Of a DNA stretch of 64,000 nucleotides, positions 24,191-39,270 are shown one piece after another (position 1 is the stretch's first letter; the number at the start of each line of letters is the position of its first letter). Below the pieces are notes generated by a model that had not been told where the DNA came from, did no database searches, and saw only the letters and a program-made list of their open reading frames with translations. The stretch lies in the NCBI RefSeq assembly GCF_009914755.1, contig NC_060929.1; one strand, written 5' to 3'. Position numbers and translations under genes: made by a program. This stretch comes from the human T2T-CHM13v2.0 reference genome, Homo sapiens.

Positions 24191-24515
24191 ACAACAGAAG
24201 CTTATTTCTCACAGTTCCGGAGACTACGAGTCAAAGATCAAGAGACTAGCATATTTGGAGTCTGGTGAAGGTCCACTTCCTGGTTCAGAGATGGTGCCTC
24301 CTCCCTGTCATCACATGGTGTAAGGGGAGAGCTGGTTTCTTGGGATTCCTTTTATAAGGGCACCAATCCCATTTATGAGGGTAGGCCTAAGCACCTGCCA
24401 AAGGCCCCACCTCTTAATCCCTTACCTCCTAATACCTAATACTTCCTAATGCCCAATCATCTTGAGGATTACAATTTCAATATGTAAATTTTAGGGAACA
24501 TAATTAGAACATAAT
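24188..24515 (-). mobile_element. MLT1A/MSTD-like LTR
   Basis: aaacaacagaagcttatttctcacagttccggag..ttttataagggcaccaatcccatttatgaggg..aaaggccccacctc. Confidence 0.8.
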
Positions 24516-25586
24516 ATGATTATTTTTCATAAACTTTATTCTTCTTTACTCTTAATGCTCCACCTGTTTAAAGATTTTGTCAGTTTCCTCTGGTAGTTCT
24601 GTGTCACTAGGTCTGAATTTTGACGACTACACCTGAGATCTTCTCTGTGTGTTATTCTTTCCCATAGATAAATTTTCAGTTTCTTGTTCAGCTTATTTTT
24701 TACTAAACTCAGGTTTTAGGAGAGTACTAAAGAACACATTTCCATAGACAGGAAAGAAATCTAGTATTTATTTGCATGGCCATGTGATATATAAAGTGTG
24801 GCAGGCTCTGCTTCCTTCTCTCTGGTCTGCTGCTTCTCTTTCAGATGCTAAGGTTTAGCCTGACCCTGAGGTTATTACACTCCTAGCCATTCTTGAGTCA
24901 GAAATTCCCAGTACACACGAGAATAAAAAACCTTTATGGAAATGAGGCTGTTATGTATACAACTTTGAGCATCAAGCTCTTCCCAGGATCCCACCTTTCT
25001 GACTGTTCTCCACGATTTTCTGTAGCCAAGAAGGTAGAAATTGTGCACAAATCCCTCTTGCTGAGATGCAGAGCAAGGCCGTGGTTTCACTTACATGAAG
25101 TTGCCACATCTCAGGAGCCCTTTGGCCCATAGGAATCCAACATCATGGAGCTGGCAGGAGAGCAGAAGGGAAGCCAAAAGCTGTGTTTCCTACACCCAGA
25201 ATTCCCCCATTTCCCTTGTCACTTCCATTCCATCTCCTTCTCTTAAGACCCTTCTATACCTTCCTACATTAGCTTGGGGTATGCCCCTTGGGAATTTCCA
25301 AAAGACATGCTTTAAGAGTGAACTTTAATAGTTTAATGCTAAAAATAAAAATAAAGACATGGTAAAAAATAAGACAAAGTAAGAAACAGGCCCTGTAAAC
25401 ATGGACAGCACTTTTTAAAAATCTAATTAGCATTTTCTTTTTAAATACCAATATTAAAAATGTTATAATTTTAGATACAGCACTTCTAGATAGAACAAAA
25501 ATATCACATGAAAAATAATCAGTATTTTACAATCTGGAGAGCTAGTTATTATCTTTACATTAACTGAGAAGGGATAATTCAGTTAA

Positions 25587-25876
<290 letters not shown>

Positions 25877-28211
25877 TGTTAAACCATTTTTTAAGTTCAT
25901 TTATTATCATTTGCCTTCATCCTTTAAAAGACAAGTATTAATTACCCTCTTATGGAATGACAATAAAATCTAACATGTTCTTTGTTTTCCCCTTAATATA
26001 GAATATCTTAATGCATCAAACTCTATTCAAGTAGATTCAGGAGACATGCAGTCTTTAAAACTGTAGTTCTCTTCTCACATGAAATTAACGTGCACACAGA
26101 CACACATGCACAGAGTGGGAAGAATATTTCAGAAAGCATACCTTTAATCATTTCATATTGGATTTATCATTTTAACGTATTTAATAATATTTGAAAGATA
26201 ACTTTAGATCTTAAACCAATTTATGTTTTCATCATACTTATGCAATGAAAATACACGTAATTTATAATTTATACAATTTATAGTAGAAGTCATAATTAAA
26301 ATGCTGTTAGAATTTATTTATAAATTGTTGATTTTAATCATCAATTTAAACGCTCTCCTCCCTCAACACCTAGTTTTGCCACCTACATGCACGCTCATTC
26401 CAGCTATTCTAAAAAATTTTAAGAAGAATTAAAAGAAAATACTTTCATTTATACACCTGAATCTCCGTTGTTATATAAAGTCATTACAGTATTAGTAAAA
26501 TGCTTTAGTGATAAAGATAAGTAATGATCTGAACTTGATTATTTTGAAAAGATAAGCACAAATTCATTAAGCCTATGACATTTAATGATGTTGTGTTCCT
26601 CTTCTTCTAACAATTTGAAAAATATATTTTTATCTGTCTAAAAAATATAAATGAACATTAAACCCACTATTAATTTAAATTTAAACTAATATCCCCTGAT
26701 CTTGAAGAATTAAGCAAATATGTAAACAGACCATTGTTTCTTTTGAAAGGATCTATCAATCGCCATAACATACTTACTCTTTAACATAATGAATTAGAAA
26801 TCAAACTTAGCATCTTATCTTTAGTGTTCCTCTGTGTAAATAATTTTAAAAAGCTATTAAAATGTGGGAGAATAAAGAGTGAGGATTCACTTTATTCATT
26901 TCAGACTAAACCATATAAACTAAATTTTGAACTAACTAATTTTGGATTTATATTTGTAGAAGACAGTGCAAATGACAGATCAAACAGTGATGCACCTAAT
27001 CTGTGTTTCTGCCAGTATGACCTTAAGAGGGACATGGCTTGCAAGCATAGGAGAATCTGATGGGTGCTTTCCTGAGGTGATTATGGAAATGTTGTGTATA
27101 AATAAATAATCAGTACATATATTTATAAAGACTTCTAATCAGAGACTATAGCATGTGTGATTGCAATCATATTCTATTTATTAAGACTTGTTTATGACAA
27201 TGAGACGTGTTTTATAGCTAAGAGTTTTTATTCCAAAGAAGGTTTTTCACATTATTTTTTTCTTAATTCATTTAATAGTATTGTTCAAACTGATTGCTTT
27301 ATTTTATTAGATTTGCAGACTGGGGACTTTATTCTTTATCTAAGTACTAATACTGCTTACTTGTTCAAAAGCAAAATATTAAATGCAGCCCTGTACAATT
27401 TAGGACATGAATTTAAAAAATAATGCAATCTAAAGGCAAAAAGTGATATTCTCTTAAAAGGCCCCAGTAGTAACATAACAGCTGAAAGTAGCAACAATTC
27501 TGGTTCTAGTTAAGCTCATCTCATAAGCAAAATTACTTTGTGAACATCTATACTCTAACATAAACCAGACTAAAAATATTTTTAATATACAGCTGTAACT
27601 TAACAATAAGATAACTTTTCTAAAAATGAGTTTATAATCCTCTGTTTCTTCACGATGTTCAAAAATCTTCAATCACCCTATTCAAAAACTCGGAAAATGC
27701 CATAGTGTATCAAAGAAATATTAATTTATCAACTTATCTGAGACTGTCTACTGCTTAACTCTTCATAAAATTGCAAAGTTTCATCTTAAAATATAATCTG
27801 TTTTTAACATCTGTAGAATAACATGCCACTTTGAGTGATAGTTGCTAGACTCGGTAAATACTAAAACAATATTGGGAAATGTTACCTAATAAGATAGTGT
27901 TCTATAAGCAGAATTTTGAGTGTGCAACATGGAAGGTCTGTTTAGAAGTCCATATATTAAGTTAATGATGCTACAGCTTTTGGCCCATTTATGGAGCCCT
28001 TGTCAGGAGTTGAAACATAGAGCCTGGCGGCCTCTAACAGACTGGTCTGCTTACAACTTGCAATGAACTGGTAAAGGATAGACTAGAAGAGGAAACTTTG
28101 AGTGTATTATATATTTTGCAGAATCACCTATTTCCTTCTTTTTGTTTACTTTTATCATCTTTAAATGAGAATAAATCCCCATTAAAAAGAATGTGAGAAG
28201 ACAGAAGGTAA

Positions 28212-28661
28212 TTGCTATGGTTTGAATGTATCCCCCCGAAAAGCATGTGCCAGAAACTTGATCCCCAATGGAACCACGTTGGGAGGTGGGGCCTAATGAG
28301 AGGTACTTAGGCCATGAGAAAGGAGTGAATAGATTGATGCTATTATCTTTGGAGTGGATTCATTATAAAAGGGGAAATTTGCCCCCCTCCCTTTACACAC
28401 ACCCATTCTCTCTCCCTCTCTCCCCCCCCCCTTCTTCTCTCTTTCTCTTTCTTCCTTTCTTGCCCTTCCACCACCCACCATGGGATGATACAGCAAGAAG
28501 GCCCTCACCAGATGCTGGGCCCTGTTTCTTAGGCTAGCCAGCCTCCAGAATTGCAAGAAATAAATTTTTGTTCTTTATAAATTACTCAATCTTACTTCTG
28601 TTTCTTATAAATTACTCAATCTTTGGTATTCTATTACAGTAGCACAAAGTGGACTAAGGCA
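28212..28661 (+). mobile_element. MST (MSTB-like) solo LTR with a small internal duplication
   Basis: tgctatggtttgaatgtatcccc..aaacttgatccccaatg..cagcaagaaggccctcaccagatg..ggactaaggca; tataaattactcaatctt is repeated at ~28576 and ~28606. Confidence 0.88.
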
Positions 28662-29044
28662 ATAACTGTATATACTCAACAAAGGTTATTTGTATGGAAG
28701 CGAATATGTTCTTAAGACAGAAACTTCAGTAAAATTAAAATGTTATGGGGCATGATGCTAGTTTTTCTTCTCATATTTATACAATGAGAATAAGTTATTA
28801 CATGCTGCAAAATATATTTGGAAAGCAATATATGTGTTGTTACATGATGCACTCTTATTCTGGGCCAAGAAAACTTACCCACCCCATTGGTTTGACCACA
28901 TGACTTCCTTTGACCAGTGGAATTTTATTTTGAAAAATATTAACTGAGGCTTTTAATGAATTCAGCCAGTTTAACTTACTACTTGCCATCTGGTGAACCT
29001 ACCTGAGAAGAGAATGTCCAAGTGGCCTGGAGCCTGGGCTTCTG

Positions 29045-29810
29045 CAATAGGAATACTAATGGTCCCCCAAAGTCATCTATGCCCTAGTCTTAAGAATATG
29101 TGAATATGTTATCTTTCATGACCAAAAAAAAAAAAATTGCAGATGTGATTAAGTTAAAAATCTTTGATTATGTGGATGGACTCAGTGTAATCACAATGTT
29201 TATAAAAAAAAGAAATAGAGAGAAAAGGGACGTGATGACAGAAGCAGAGATTGGTGTGACACTAAGAAAGGGCTACTAAGCAAGGAAGGTGGGTAGACTT
29301 TAGAGACTGGAAAAGATAGGAAAGCACATTCTCCCTTAGAGACTCTAGAAATAACACAGCCCTATCAACACTTAGCTTTTAAACCTCTTACTGCCATAAC
29401 TATCAGATAATACATTTGCATTCGTTTAAATCCATGTGTATGGTAATTTGTTTTTTGTTTGTTTGTTTGTTTGTTTGTTTTTGAGACGGAGTCTCCACTC
29501 TGTCACCCAGGCTGGAGTGCAGTCATGTCATCTTGGTTCACTGCAACCTCCGCCTCCGGGGTTCAAGTGATTCTCTTGCCTCAACCTCCTGAGTAGTTGG
29601 GATTACAGGCATGCGCCACCACACCCAGCTAATTTTGTGTGTGTGTGTGTGTATTTTTAGTAGATACAGGGTTTCACCATGTTGGTCAGGCTGGTCTCGA
29701 ATTCCTGACGTTGTGATCCACCCGCCTCAGCCTCCCAAAGTGCTGGGATTACAGGCGTGAGCCACCATGCCTGGCTGTAATTTGTTAGAGCAACAATAGG
29801 AAACTAACAA
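29045..29810 (+). mobile_element. MLT1C/D-like LTR interrupted by an Alu
   Basis: aatggtcccccaaag..gtgaatatgttatc..ttgcagatgtgattaagttaa..gcaacaataggaaactaa. Confidence 0.8.
29452..29775 (-). mobile_element. Alu (AluS) with (GTTT)n tail and (GT)n in the linker
   Basis: Antisense Alu; TSD gtaatttgtt. Confidence 0.96.
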
Positions 29811-31204
29811 AGCATCCACGAACACATAAGACAAGACCTGAACCCAAGAGCCTGGGCCTAGGTCTGCCAGATTTTGGTCTAAAAGAGATCCTAGATGAAC
29901 CGAAAAGTTTATTTCTGAAGTTGAAATTCTCTCTTTCTCTCTTTGGCTTTCTATTTGAAAAAAAAAAAAAAAAAAAAAACTCTCTCTATATAAACATATA
30001 TATATATGTATTTTTCCGGTTTTAACAAAAACATTGGATTATAGACAGGTACATAACACACAGATTCTATTACAAACTTGCTGGCAGCATTACTTAATAC
30101 CACATCTTGTACATCATTACATCATTTCATATCTGCTTATATAGATATATTTGTTCTCTTTAAGTCTCCATGTTATTAAACACCAAATTACATAGCCAGT
30201 AGCCAGATGAGGAATTAAATTTAGTCTAACTGTCCTTACCATATAATAAGAGAAAATAGAATGTTGATATAACTTAAACATGTTATAATTGAGGAAAGTT
30301 TGGATTAAAAACTAATTGTTCAGAATTTGTTAATTACAAATACACATAAATGCTAATTAATGACTAATTATCAGCACTACATCTGGCCTTAGTGGTGATG
30401 ATTAAAATTTAGACGATAATTCACACTTAACTGAGAATTATATAAATTTTTTTATTAATTAGGCTAAACTTTTTTTCTGTACTTATAGAAACAGAGAAGT
30501 AGAATTTATATGTTGGGAAAAAAGGATTATTTTTGTACTATTGGTTATGCCATATGTTAAAAAGATGAGTAATTTTTAAACTTTGAATTGTGTTTATTTT
30601 GAATATCAATATAGACTATAAAGCATATATGTTAGCTAATTCAAGAGAATGTAGGTAATTTCATTTAAAAGATAATTAAATACATACTTATCATTTAAGA
30701 TTACAAATTAATCTTTTAAGTCATCTGAGTTGTTAGTTTTATTTTTGCCCAAATCATAGAAAAAGTTGATAAGCATTTAAAATTCAGAGCTATACTCAAT
30801 ATTTGTTAGTAATCTAATATTCCGATTTGGGATGAATAGAAAAATACTTAGAGAAATTGTTAGATTAATATACTAAAAATGTATGAAACAGCGCCTCAAT
30901 TTGACAGTTTCGTGGCACTGTAACTATATTGAAGCTGTACGTTTATTTTAATTGTTTTCCTGAGGGAAAAGGATATGTATGAGCCTATCTCTTTGCACCT
31001 GTCTGTCTATCTACTTATCTGTTTATCTATCTACCAAATTTTTGTTAGAGAAACTAAATGCTAAAATCATTTTACAGGAAATAAGAATGGCAGAAAATGT
31101 GAAGAGTTATTGTGTGGGGAAGTGGCCTCTACATAGAAATGTTTTTCCACTGAATGTTCCTGTTGTGCTGATGAACAAAGGAGTTCATCACAGGCCAGAA
31201 ACTA

Positions 31205-31249
31205 AGATAGATAGATAAATAAATAAATAAATAATAAATAAATAAATAA
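31205..31249. repeat. (TAGA)/(TAAA)n microsatellite
   Basis: Directly visible. Confidence 0.9.
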
Positions 31250-31631
31250 CCTCTAGTGCTTTTTTGTATAACGGTGATGTAACTTTCTCCCTTCACAACA
31301 TAAGGATATCAAGGTTGTTGTGTCTATAGCTCTCCCACAACCACATCCCCAGATGTCCAGAGGTAACGACTTTGGTTCAGGGAATGCCCGGGGGATGGCA
31401 TTCAACCAGGATAGTGTTAAACACCAAGTGATATTTTGACATGCCAACATTTCTTGAGTTACTGCAAAATATGAGTAAAGTACTATCACATGTTAATGGG
31501 CTGTGAGGACTAACTGGCTTGGATCTGGGTTTGAGTCCTTTGAGATTATCAGGTAAGTAATAACTATGTCAGGAGGGGCTGAGGACTCCATGTGATTCTA
31601 ATGAAGATCAATATTGCTTGCCATGGCCCAT

Positions 31632-32539
31632 TGATAGGGACAGGGGGCAGAGAAATTCTAGGCAGACAGGGGCAAAGCCCCACCTTCAAGCTGAAGCCTG
31701 AGATCGCAGCCCAAAGTGAGAACTTAGATCTCTATTTCCCTGCTCAAATGCTGTCTTTTCCTAAATCACCCATGACACTACCCCACCCCATCCTTTGCCT
31801 GTAAAGATCCCAGAAAACCTGCAGAGAGAAGCAGCAGCTGGACCTCGGGATGACTATGGCTGGACGTCAGGAGAGAAGCAGTTTGACTTCAGAGGGACAG
31901 CTTGATGGTGTAACTTCAGAGAAGAATCTGGTTAGAGATGGCTAGACTCCAGGAAAAGATTACCTACCCTTCCCCTACCCTTTTCTCAGCTCCCCTTCCC
32001 ACTGAGAGCCACTTTCACCGCAATAAAATCCCCCACATGCACTATCCTTCAATTCATTTGTGCAACCTCATTTTTCCTGGATATCGGAAAAGAACTCGGG
32101 AGCCACGAGCGCAGATACAAAAGGGCCCACTGAGCTGTTAACACTTAAGCTGTATACAGACGGAAGAGCAAAAAGAGCACTTTGACATGGCCACTGGGAC
32201 TTCCGGAGTCACAGACAACTCCCCGCCCCCAGCCTCCAGACGCTGCCCCTGGGCCGCATGGATGCTCCTACTGACCCGAAAGTGCTCACCCCCGTTCCTG
32301 CACCCATTCATCTGTGTGCTCCCTCCTGTGCAGGGTGAAGTACAGCAGGTCTGAGTGAGTGGAGTTTACTCCTGCTGGCGCCCAAGCAGCCGGCTCCTTT
32401 CAATGCTTGTGTACTCCACCAGTTCCTGCCTTGTTTGCTCACATGCTTCCTCCTGCGAGGAGCTGAGAGTGGCAGGCTGAGTAAACGGGGCAGTCCTGTC
32501 TCGAGTCCCACGAAGGGGTCAGGGAAATATCGTGCTTCA
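31632..32539 (+). mobile_element. ERV1 solo LTR (LTR1/LTR27/MER50 group)
   Basis: TGatagggacagggggcagagaaattctaggcag ... gggtcagggaaatatcgtgcttCA; 4-bp TSD ccat on both sides; internal aataaa at ~32022. Confidence 0.88.
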
Positions 32540-33230
32540 CCATGACTAGGTCCACTCATCCTGCTTTAGGCAAAAGACCTCTTCCATTTTGGCAAATTTT
32601 CTAAAATGAGCTCCTGTGTTTGAGGATCACTGTCTGTTAAATTTCTGTCCTTCTCTCTACTCCCACAATCCACTGGAGTTCTGTCCCACATCAACTTCAT
32701 CCCTCTCTCCCTGTGATTTGTTTGCAAAAATGATTTTCTTCCTATTCTTTTTGGGCACAACTTGATAGGTTATTATACCCAATGCTCTAATTATTAGTAG
32801 TTTTTAAAAAGTGACATTTTTTTTTTCTTGGAGTGGAGGAAGGGTTTAAACCCCGGACATCTCAAAATATGTGGGGACAATATGGGCTTACCATTATTCT
32901 AATGAAGTACAGAACAATTATACAAAGAAACAAGAAAAGTCCGTTGATCATCAGTTTTGTTACATTTAGTTTTAAGTGTGAATGACATAGAGGAATATTT
33001 TCTAACAAATTTCAGAGTTGCTGTTGTTAGATATTCATAAAACGAAATTTGGCTATTAGAGATTAGCAGTCCAATTAAGCAGTTTGCTGTTGACTAGAAA
33101 GTCTATCCACCAAGTTAAATTCCTAAGTCCCATAGCAAATGGTCATGGTCAGAAAGTTGGAACTTCCCTAGTTTGAAAGATGAATATTTGCTATTTTTTT
33201 GTCTTGATTGTGTGTATTAATCACTTTACT

Positions 33231-33531
<301 letters not shown>

Positions 33532-36049
33532 TACTTTTGTTTTTAAATGATAAATTATTTTTACCCTTATTATTACAGAGATGATTACATAATTCTCAAA
33601 GTGTTATCCTATATTAGTTACACTTGAAGACATAGTCTCTTATAAGTAGATGCAACTAAAATATAGTTACATATAACTTGGAATCAATGTAGCTATAGTA
33701 AAATATTTTTGTAATATTTAGTAAAATTCAATATTGCTTTAAATATGTCAATTATATGTTATTTAATATTTTAAATCATTTAATTTAAATTATTAGATTT
33801 TAATTCTTTGGTAAAATTATTACCTAAGAATTTGATATAATTTCTTAACAGCACATTTGCTGAAACTAGTTTATGTTTGCTTCTCTCTAATTCTTTGCTA
33901 TCTTTTATTCCTTTTGCTCTGTAAAGTAAAAATTGTGCCCCATGGAATTTATGTTATTGTATTTTTTTGCTTTCCAAAACTCAAAAAATAGTTTGAAGAT
34001 GAATTTAAAATAACATAATGAGATTAGAATAACATAATCCACAAAAAGGAAAGCCCAGCCACCTAAACATATAATTGTCCATTGGAACCTAGAGATGTGA
34101 GAGATGCCACCTCTTCCTAGGCCATGACTTCATTGCCTGGTATGCATTATATATTGCTGTTCAGGAATCATCGAAAGGCAGACAGTGCTCTGCAGTCTCC
34201 AGAAACCTCCATAAAATGCATAATGTCGGTCAAGAAACTCATCCAACTGATATGCAGTGTTTGTGAGTTATGTGAAAATAGTACGAAATAGCTAAAATTG
34301 GCTACTTAAGACTGGAAATCCAGCAAAGGTCTTTATGAACTTGATAATTTTTTTTTTGATTGTGGGTTTTAACCTATGAAGTTCGTTGCTGCTAATGGAA
34401 TTTCCCAAATGATACCAACAACAAACTCAGTCAATGAAAATAGATTCTGGTTCATCTGGGGGGTATGCAAGTAGTTTTGATTATTTATAATAGTAATCAT
34501 AATTGTAATAATAATAGGGTAAACTTAATATTTCAGGCATTTTTATTTGTGTATTACTGGGTTTATATCTTCTCTGCATTTCAATTATCAGAATAAATAT
34601 AAAAAATATTTCAGTTGTACACGGTTGAGTCAACCCATAAATCATTGTTAGAGTGGCTTTCTACATTTTAATCAGTGCACTAACTCATATTTAATGAAAA
34701 AATATGTATAAATAGAAAAGAAGAAATTATGTGCATAATACTTTCTTGTGTTCAGAACTTTCAGGCATTGGAAAGCATGTTTATAAAATATAGGTCATGT
34801 ACACATAAACATTTTATTATATCACAATCGTTGATACATAGCATGAAATTAGCCAAATGATAATAAAACAGTTAATGCTCCACTTTACAAATTAACAGTG
34901 ATTTCTAATGGATTTTGCTATTCCAATAGTCTTGTTTTTAGTGCTTTTCTTTAGCAGTTAGAAAGCAAACATGATTATAGGAAAGCCCAACTTATTAGCT
35001 CCCTTAGGAAATTAATACCTGCTTTATAGAGAAAAGTACATTAACCCTCTAAGTTTCTTGGCAGTCAAAGAAATATTTTCATATGGGTATTATGAATAAA
35101 ACAATTATATTCTATAATTCTTAAACTTTTTTTGAAAGAGTGACATTTTACAAAAGTAGAAGAATACATAATTTTATAATTTTCACTACAACACAATTCC
35201 TTTAAAAAATTAAATTTTATGAACTAGTTCTAGTTTAAATTCTCATAATATATTGATTTTTAATGTTTTTCCTGACAGGACACATAACTCAGTGGTTTTG
35301 TACATCTCCAAAGACAATGACCTACTTTTGAAGAAATAGTGGTCTTCTCAGATAAATTACAAGTATAAAAGCAGTTGATATTCAGTACATTTGAATAAAG
35401 TTTTATTTTGCACAAAACACTGTGAAATACATAAATCTGCATATCATAAAATGCTTTTAAGAATGTTTTTCTCAAACACCCTGTACTATTCCTGTCATAA
35501 TTCTAAATTTTCTTGCTAGTTTACAAATTCCACGAAAGCAGATGACTTTTCTGTTATCCTCAGAGTTAGTAAGAGCAGACTGAAGTCCATGTTAAAATCC
35601 TTGATTTTAGACACCATTTCAGTATTTAACTGAACTGTGCTAATTGGTTATCTGATGGGTAAGCTGAAATAGGATACAATGAGATAAACACAATGAACTT
35701 ACTAAAATGCATTTCCCAGACACAAGTGTTCTTAGTTTTATACTTGTATGATAGTATCAATATTTTTCCTTAATCTTAATATATATCAACATATTAAATA
35801 TATGTGCGTGTGTGTGTATGACTTACTTTTGAAGAAATAGTGGTCATCTCAACTAAATTTAAAGTATAAAAGCAATTGATATTCAGTATGTTGGAATAAA
35901 GTTCATATATATAAACTTGACATATATGAATAAAGTGTAAATTTATATAATAAAGTTGGCTTCACTGTGAAGCCATATGAATATATGCATATATGAAAAG
36001 TTTGATAACTATATGAATAAAGTTGAGTAAAATTATATAGATAGATAAT

Positions 36050-36396
36050 TTTTATAGACTGAATGTTTGTGTGCCTTGGAAATTCGCATGTTGAATCCTA
36101 ATCCACAATTTGATGTTATTTGGAGGTGGGGGTCTTTGGGAGGTGATTAGGTTATGGAGGTGGAACCTTTATGAATGGGATTAGTGTCCTTGTAAGAGAG
36201 ACCTTAGAACTTACTCTCTCTCTGCCCCAGGAGGATACAATGAGAATATGGCTGTCTGTAAACCAGGAAGAGATTTATCTGACCATGTTGGCATCCTGAT
36301 CTCAGACTTCCAGCCTACAGAACTGTTAAAAATAAATGCTTGTTGTATAAGCTACCCATTCTATGGTATTTTGTTACAGCAGCCCAAACTAAGACA
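36050..36396 (+). mobile_element. MLT1A0/MSTD-like solo LTR
   Basis: tatagactgaatgtttgtgtgcc..tttgggaggtgattagg..atgaatgggattagtg..cagcagcccaaactaagaca. Confidence 0.87.
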
Positions 36397-36524
36397 ATAA
36401 TGTTTTATGTATGAAACACAATATATAATTCAATATACATTATACATGTTTCACATATATATATATATTTTTTCAGATACATTTAATTTCAAAATTTTGA
36501 GTTGACATCTAATTGTTCATATCA

Positions 36525-36672
36525 GGCTCAGTTGTTGATATGAGCTGCTGCTGTCATTTAGTGAGTGGATGTCAAGAAAGTTGCTAAACATCCTAAAATG
36601 CCCAGGAGAGTCTTCACATCAAAGAATTATCTGTTCCCAAATTTCAACAATGCTGAGGTTGAAAGTCCCTGA
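36525..36672 (+). mobile_element. MER20 hAT DNA transposon fragment
   Basis: tgctaaacatcctaaaatgcccagga..aaagaattatctg..tgctgaggttgaaagtccctg. Confidence 0.8.
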
Positions 36673-36975
36673 TGTAAACAGTCAAGGGATGGTAAATACT
36701 AATTCTTTTAAAATATAAGAAAATAAGGACTTACTATATAAATTTAATTGAACCAAGGTCTACAAAATACAGCAGGTAAAGTCACCATTATAACCTATGT
36801 AGTCCTGGAGTCCAAACTGTTGTATATTACCAGTAGATAAAACCTGGTATTATTTTTAGCGATGTTAACTGTAAAGTTCTTGGAGTCTGAACCACATTGT
36901 TTAGCTTTATATTGGTTACTAATCATCACATGCCTTCGTTTACTCATCTATAAAACAGTCACAATTGAACCCACA

Positions 36976-37356
<381 letters not shown>

Positions 37357-38769
37357 TAAATGCTATATAAATATTATTATATATCTTGAATACTGAATAT
37401 TGTAAATAACCATATTCTAATATCATGAGAGATTTACAGGGATACGGTTTTCAGGATATAAAAGCATCTTATTAATTCCAAAAAAAGCATTTCTTCTCTT
37501 AATTTGAGAGCATTTTGCATTAATAATATTTTGACTTAGAGGTTGCTGTCATGTTTCTTAAGTCTAACATTTTAAAGATGCTTATAAAGTGAAAATAATT
37601 TAATTAATTATCTCTTAAGCAAGCAAAGCTACCAAAGCATTGTATCCAAATGAGTAAGTTGCAGTCTATCAAAGAAGGGACAATGTTTTCATAGTGCTTA
37701 TTTCAGTAATTAATTATATTCTACAGGGTAGTGTTAGTGTTTGACTATAATTTTAACTTTTTTTGAGTTAAATGATGATAAAAATGACTAAAGTGTCCTA
37801 GAAGAAGCATTTAAAAAATTTATCTACTGAATATATGAATATTTAAAATATAATAGAATTATTCCTATATAATCTTCAGTTTTATTAGTCATCTGGCACA
37901 TAGTGTTAATAATATATACTTTCTCTTTATATAGAATTTACTTATTGAATTTGAATATTATATAACATCTTAGAAATATCCCTAATAAAGCTTACAGTAG
38001 AATTTCTCAGGCTCCTTCTGCAGGCATTGTGCCATATATATGTTGATAAGTCCCAAAATGTGATATCTACTCCAGAACTGTATTCAGTTTATACTTTAAC
38101 CAACAGATAGCTTTTATAAGTAATATTATATTAGTGTATGTCAGCATCATCCTGAAATCTACTCCTAAAAAGTTAAAATATAAAAATAAAATAATTATGA
38201 TGTATAAATATCTGTACTCCTTGCTCTACATAGTACCATGCTAACTGCAATCTTTGCATACGGAGCACTAAATTTGCAAATTCCTGTGCATTAAAGTGGG
38301 ACTGTAGTCACTGTGAAGCCATACAAAGTGAAAACTGCCTGTAAATTAAAATGAATTGTCAGGAATAACATTTCCCCATTTACCACCCTACCCCCACAAT
38401 AGAGGCATATGATACTCATTTTCCATGTGAAGAAATTTTGGCTGAACTTGATAGAGGCTTTCTCGTCAACCTTCCAAATTACGATTTAAATACACTCATA
38501 CTTAAAGTTTTCCCAGAATAATGTATAAATTCAAGTTTAATAACATCTAAATTATCTTCTAATTTTGTAGGGATTTTTTCAGATCTCTAGTGCTTAAATT
38601 TAAAAGGTTTTCAAATCCTGGATGAAATTGGTTTGTCATTTTTTTTATTAATAATAGTTTTCGTTTAAAAAACTACATGGTATTTTTTAAAATTGTATTA
38701 AATTTTACTCTCCAAATAATTTATATTTGTATCTGTGTTAAATTAAAAATAAGAGCTATAGATCAAAAC

Positions 38770-39270
38770 TGTAACTTATGTAATCCCCTATCCAATTAAA
38801 AATAGAATTCATGAGATGAAAAGATACATTACTTCTATGGTCTTCCTCCAGTAAAACATTAACTCTAGTCTAATCATGAAACAAACATCAGACAAACCCA
38901 GACTGAGAGACATTCTAAGAAATGACGGATCAGTATTCCTTACATCTCTCAAGATTACCAGGAAGAAGGAAAGTCTGAGAAAAGGCACACACCAGAGGAG
39001 GCTAAGGGGACATAATAGCTAAATATCAAGTGTTATCCTGGTTAGGATGGTAAAACATTAGCAAAGATGGAATGAAATCCAAATAACTGGCATCTAGCCT
39101 ATAAAAATATACCAATGTTGTGACAAATGTAACATTTATTTCCTTAATTCTGACAAATGTGCCCAGGCAATATAAGATATTAATAGTGGGGGTTACTGAG
39201 TGTAGTATATATGGGGAATCTCTGTATTCTGTAATTATCTGTAAATCTAAAATTATTTTAAAATAGTCAT
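38770..39270 (+). mobile_element. L1MC4-like 3'UTR
   Basis: tctaatcatgaaacaaacatcagacaaacccagactgagagacattcta..tgtaaatctaaaattatttt. Confidence 0.8.

Noticed and set aside
29958-29978. Isolated poly(A) as a retrocopy tail
   Set aside because: No convincing TSD or upstream mRNA-like sequence.
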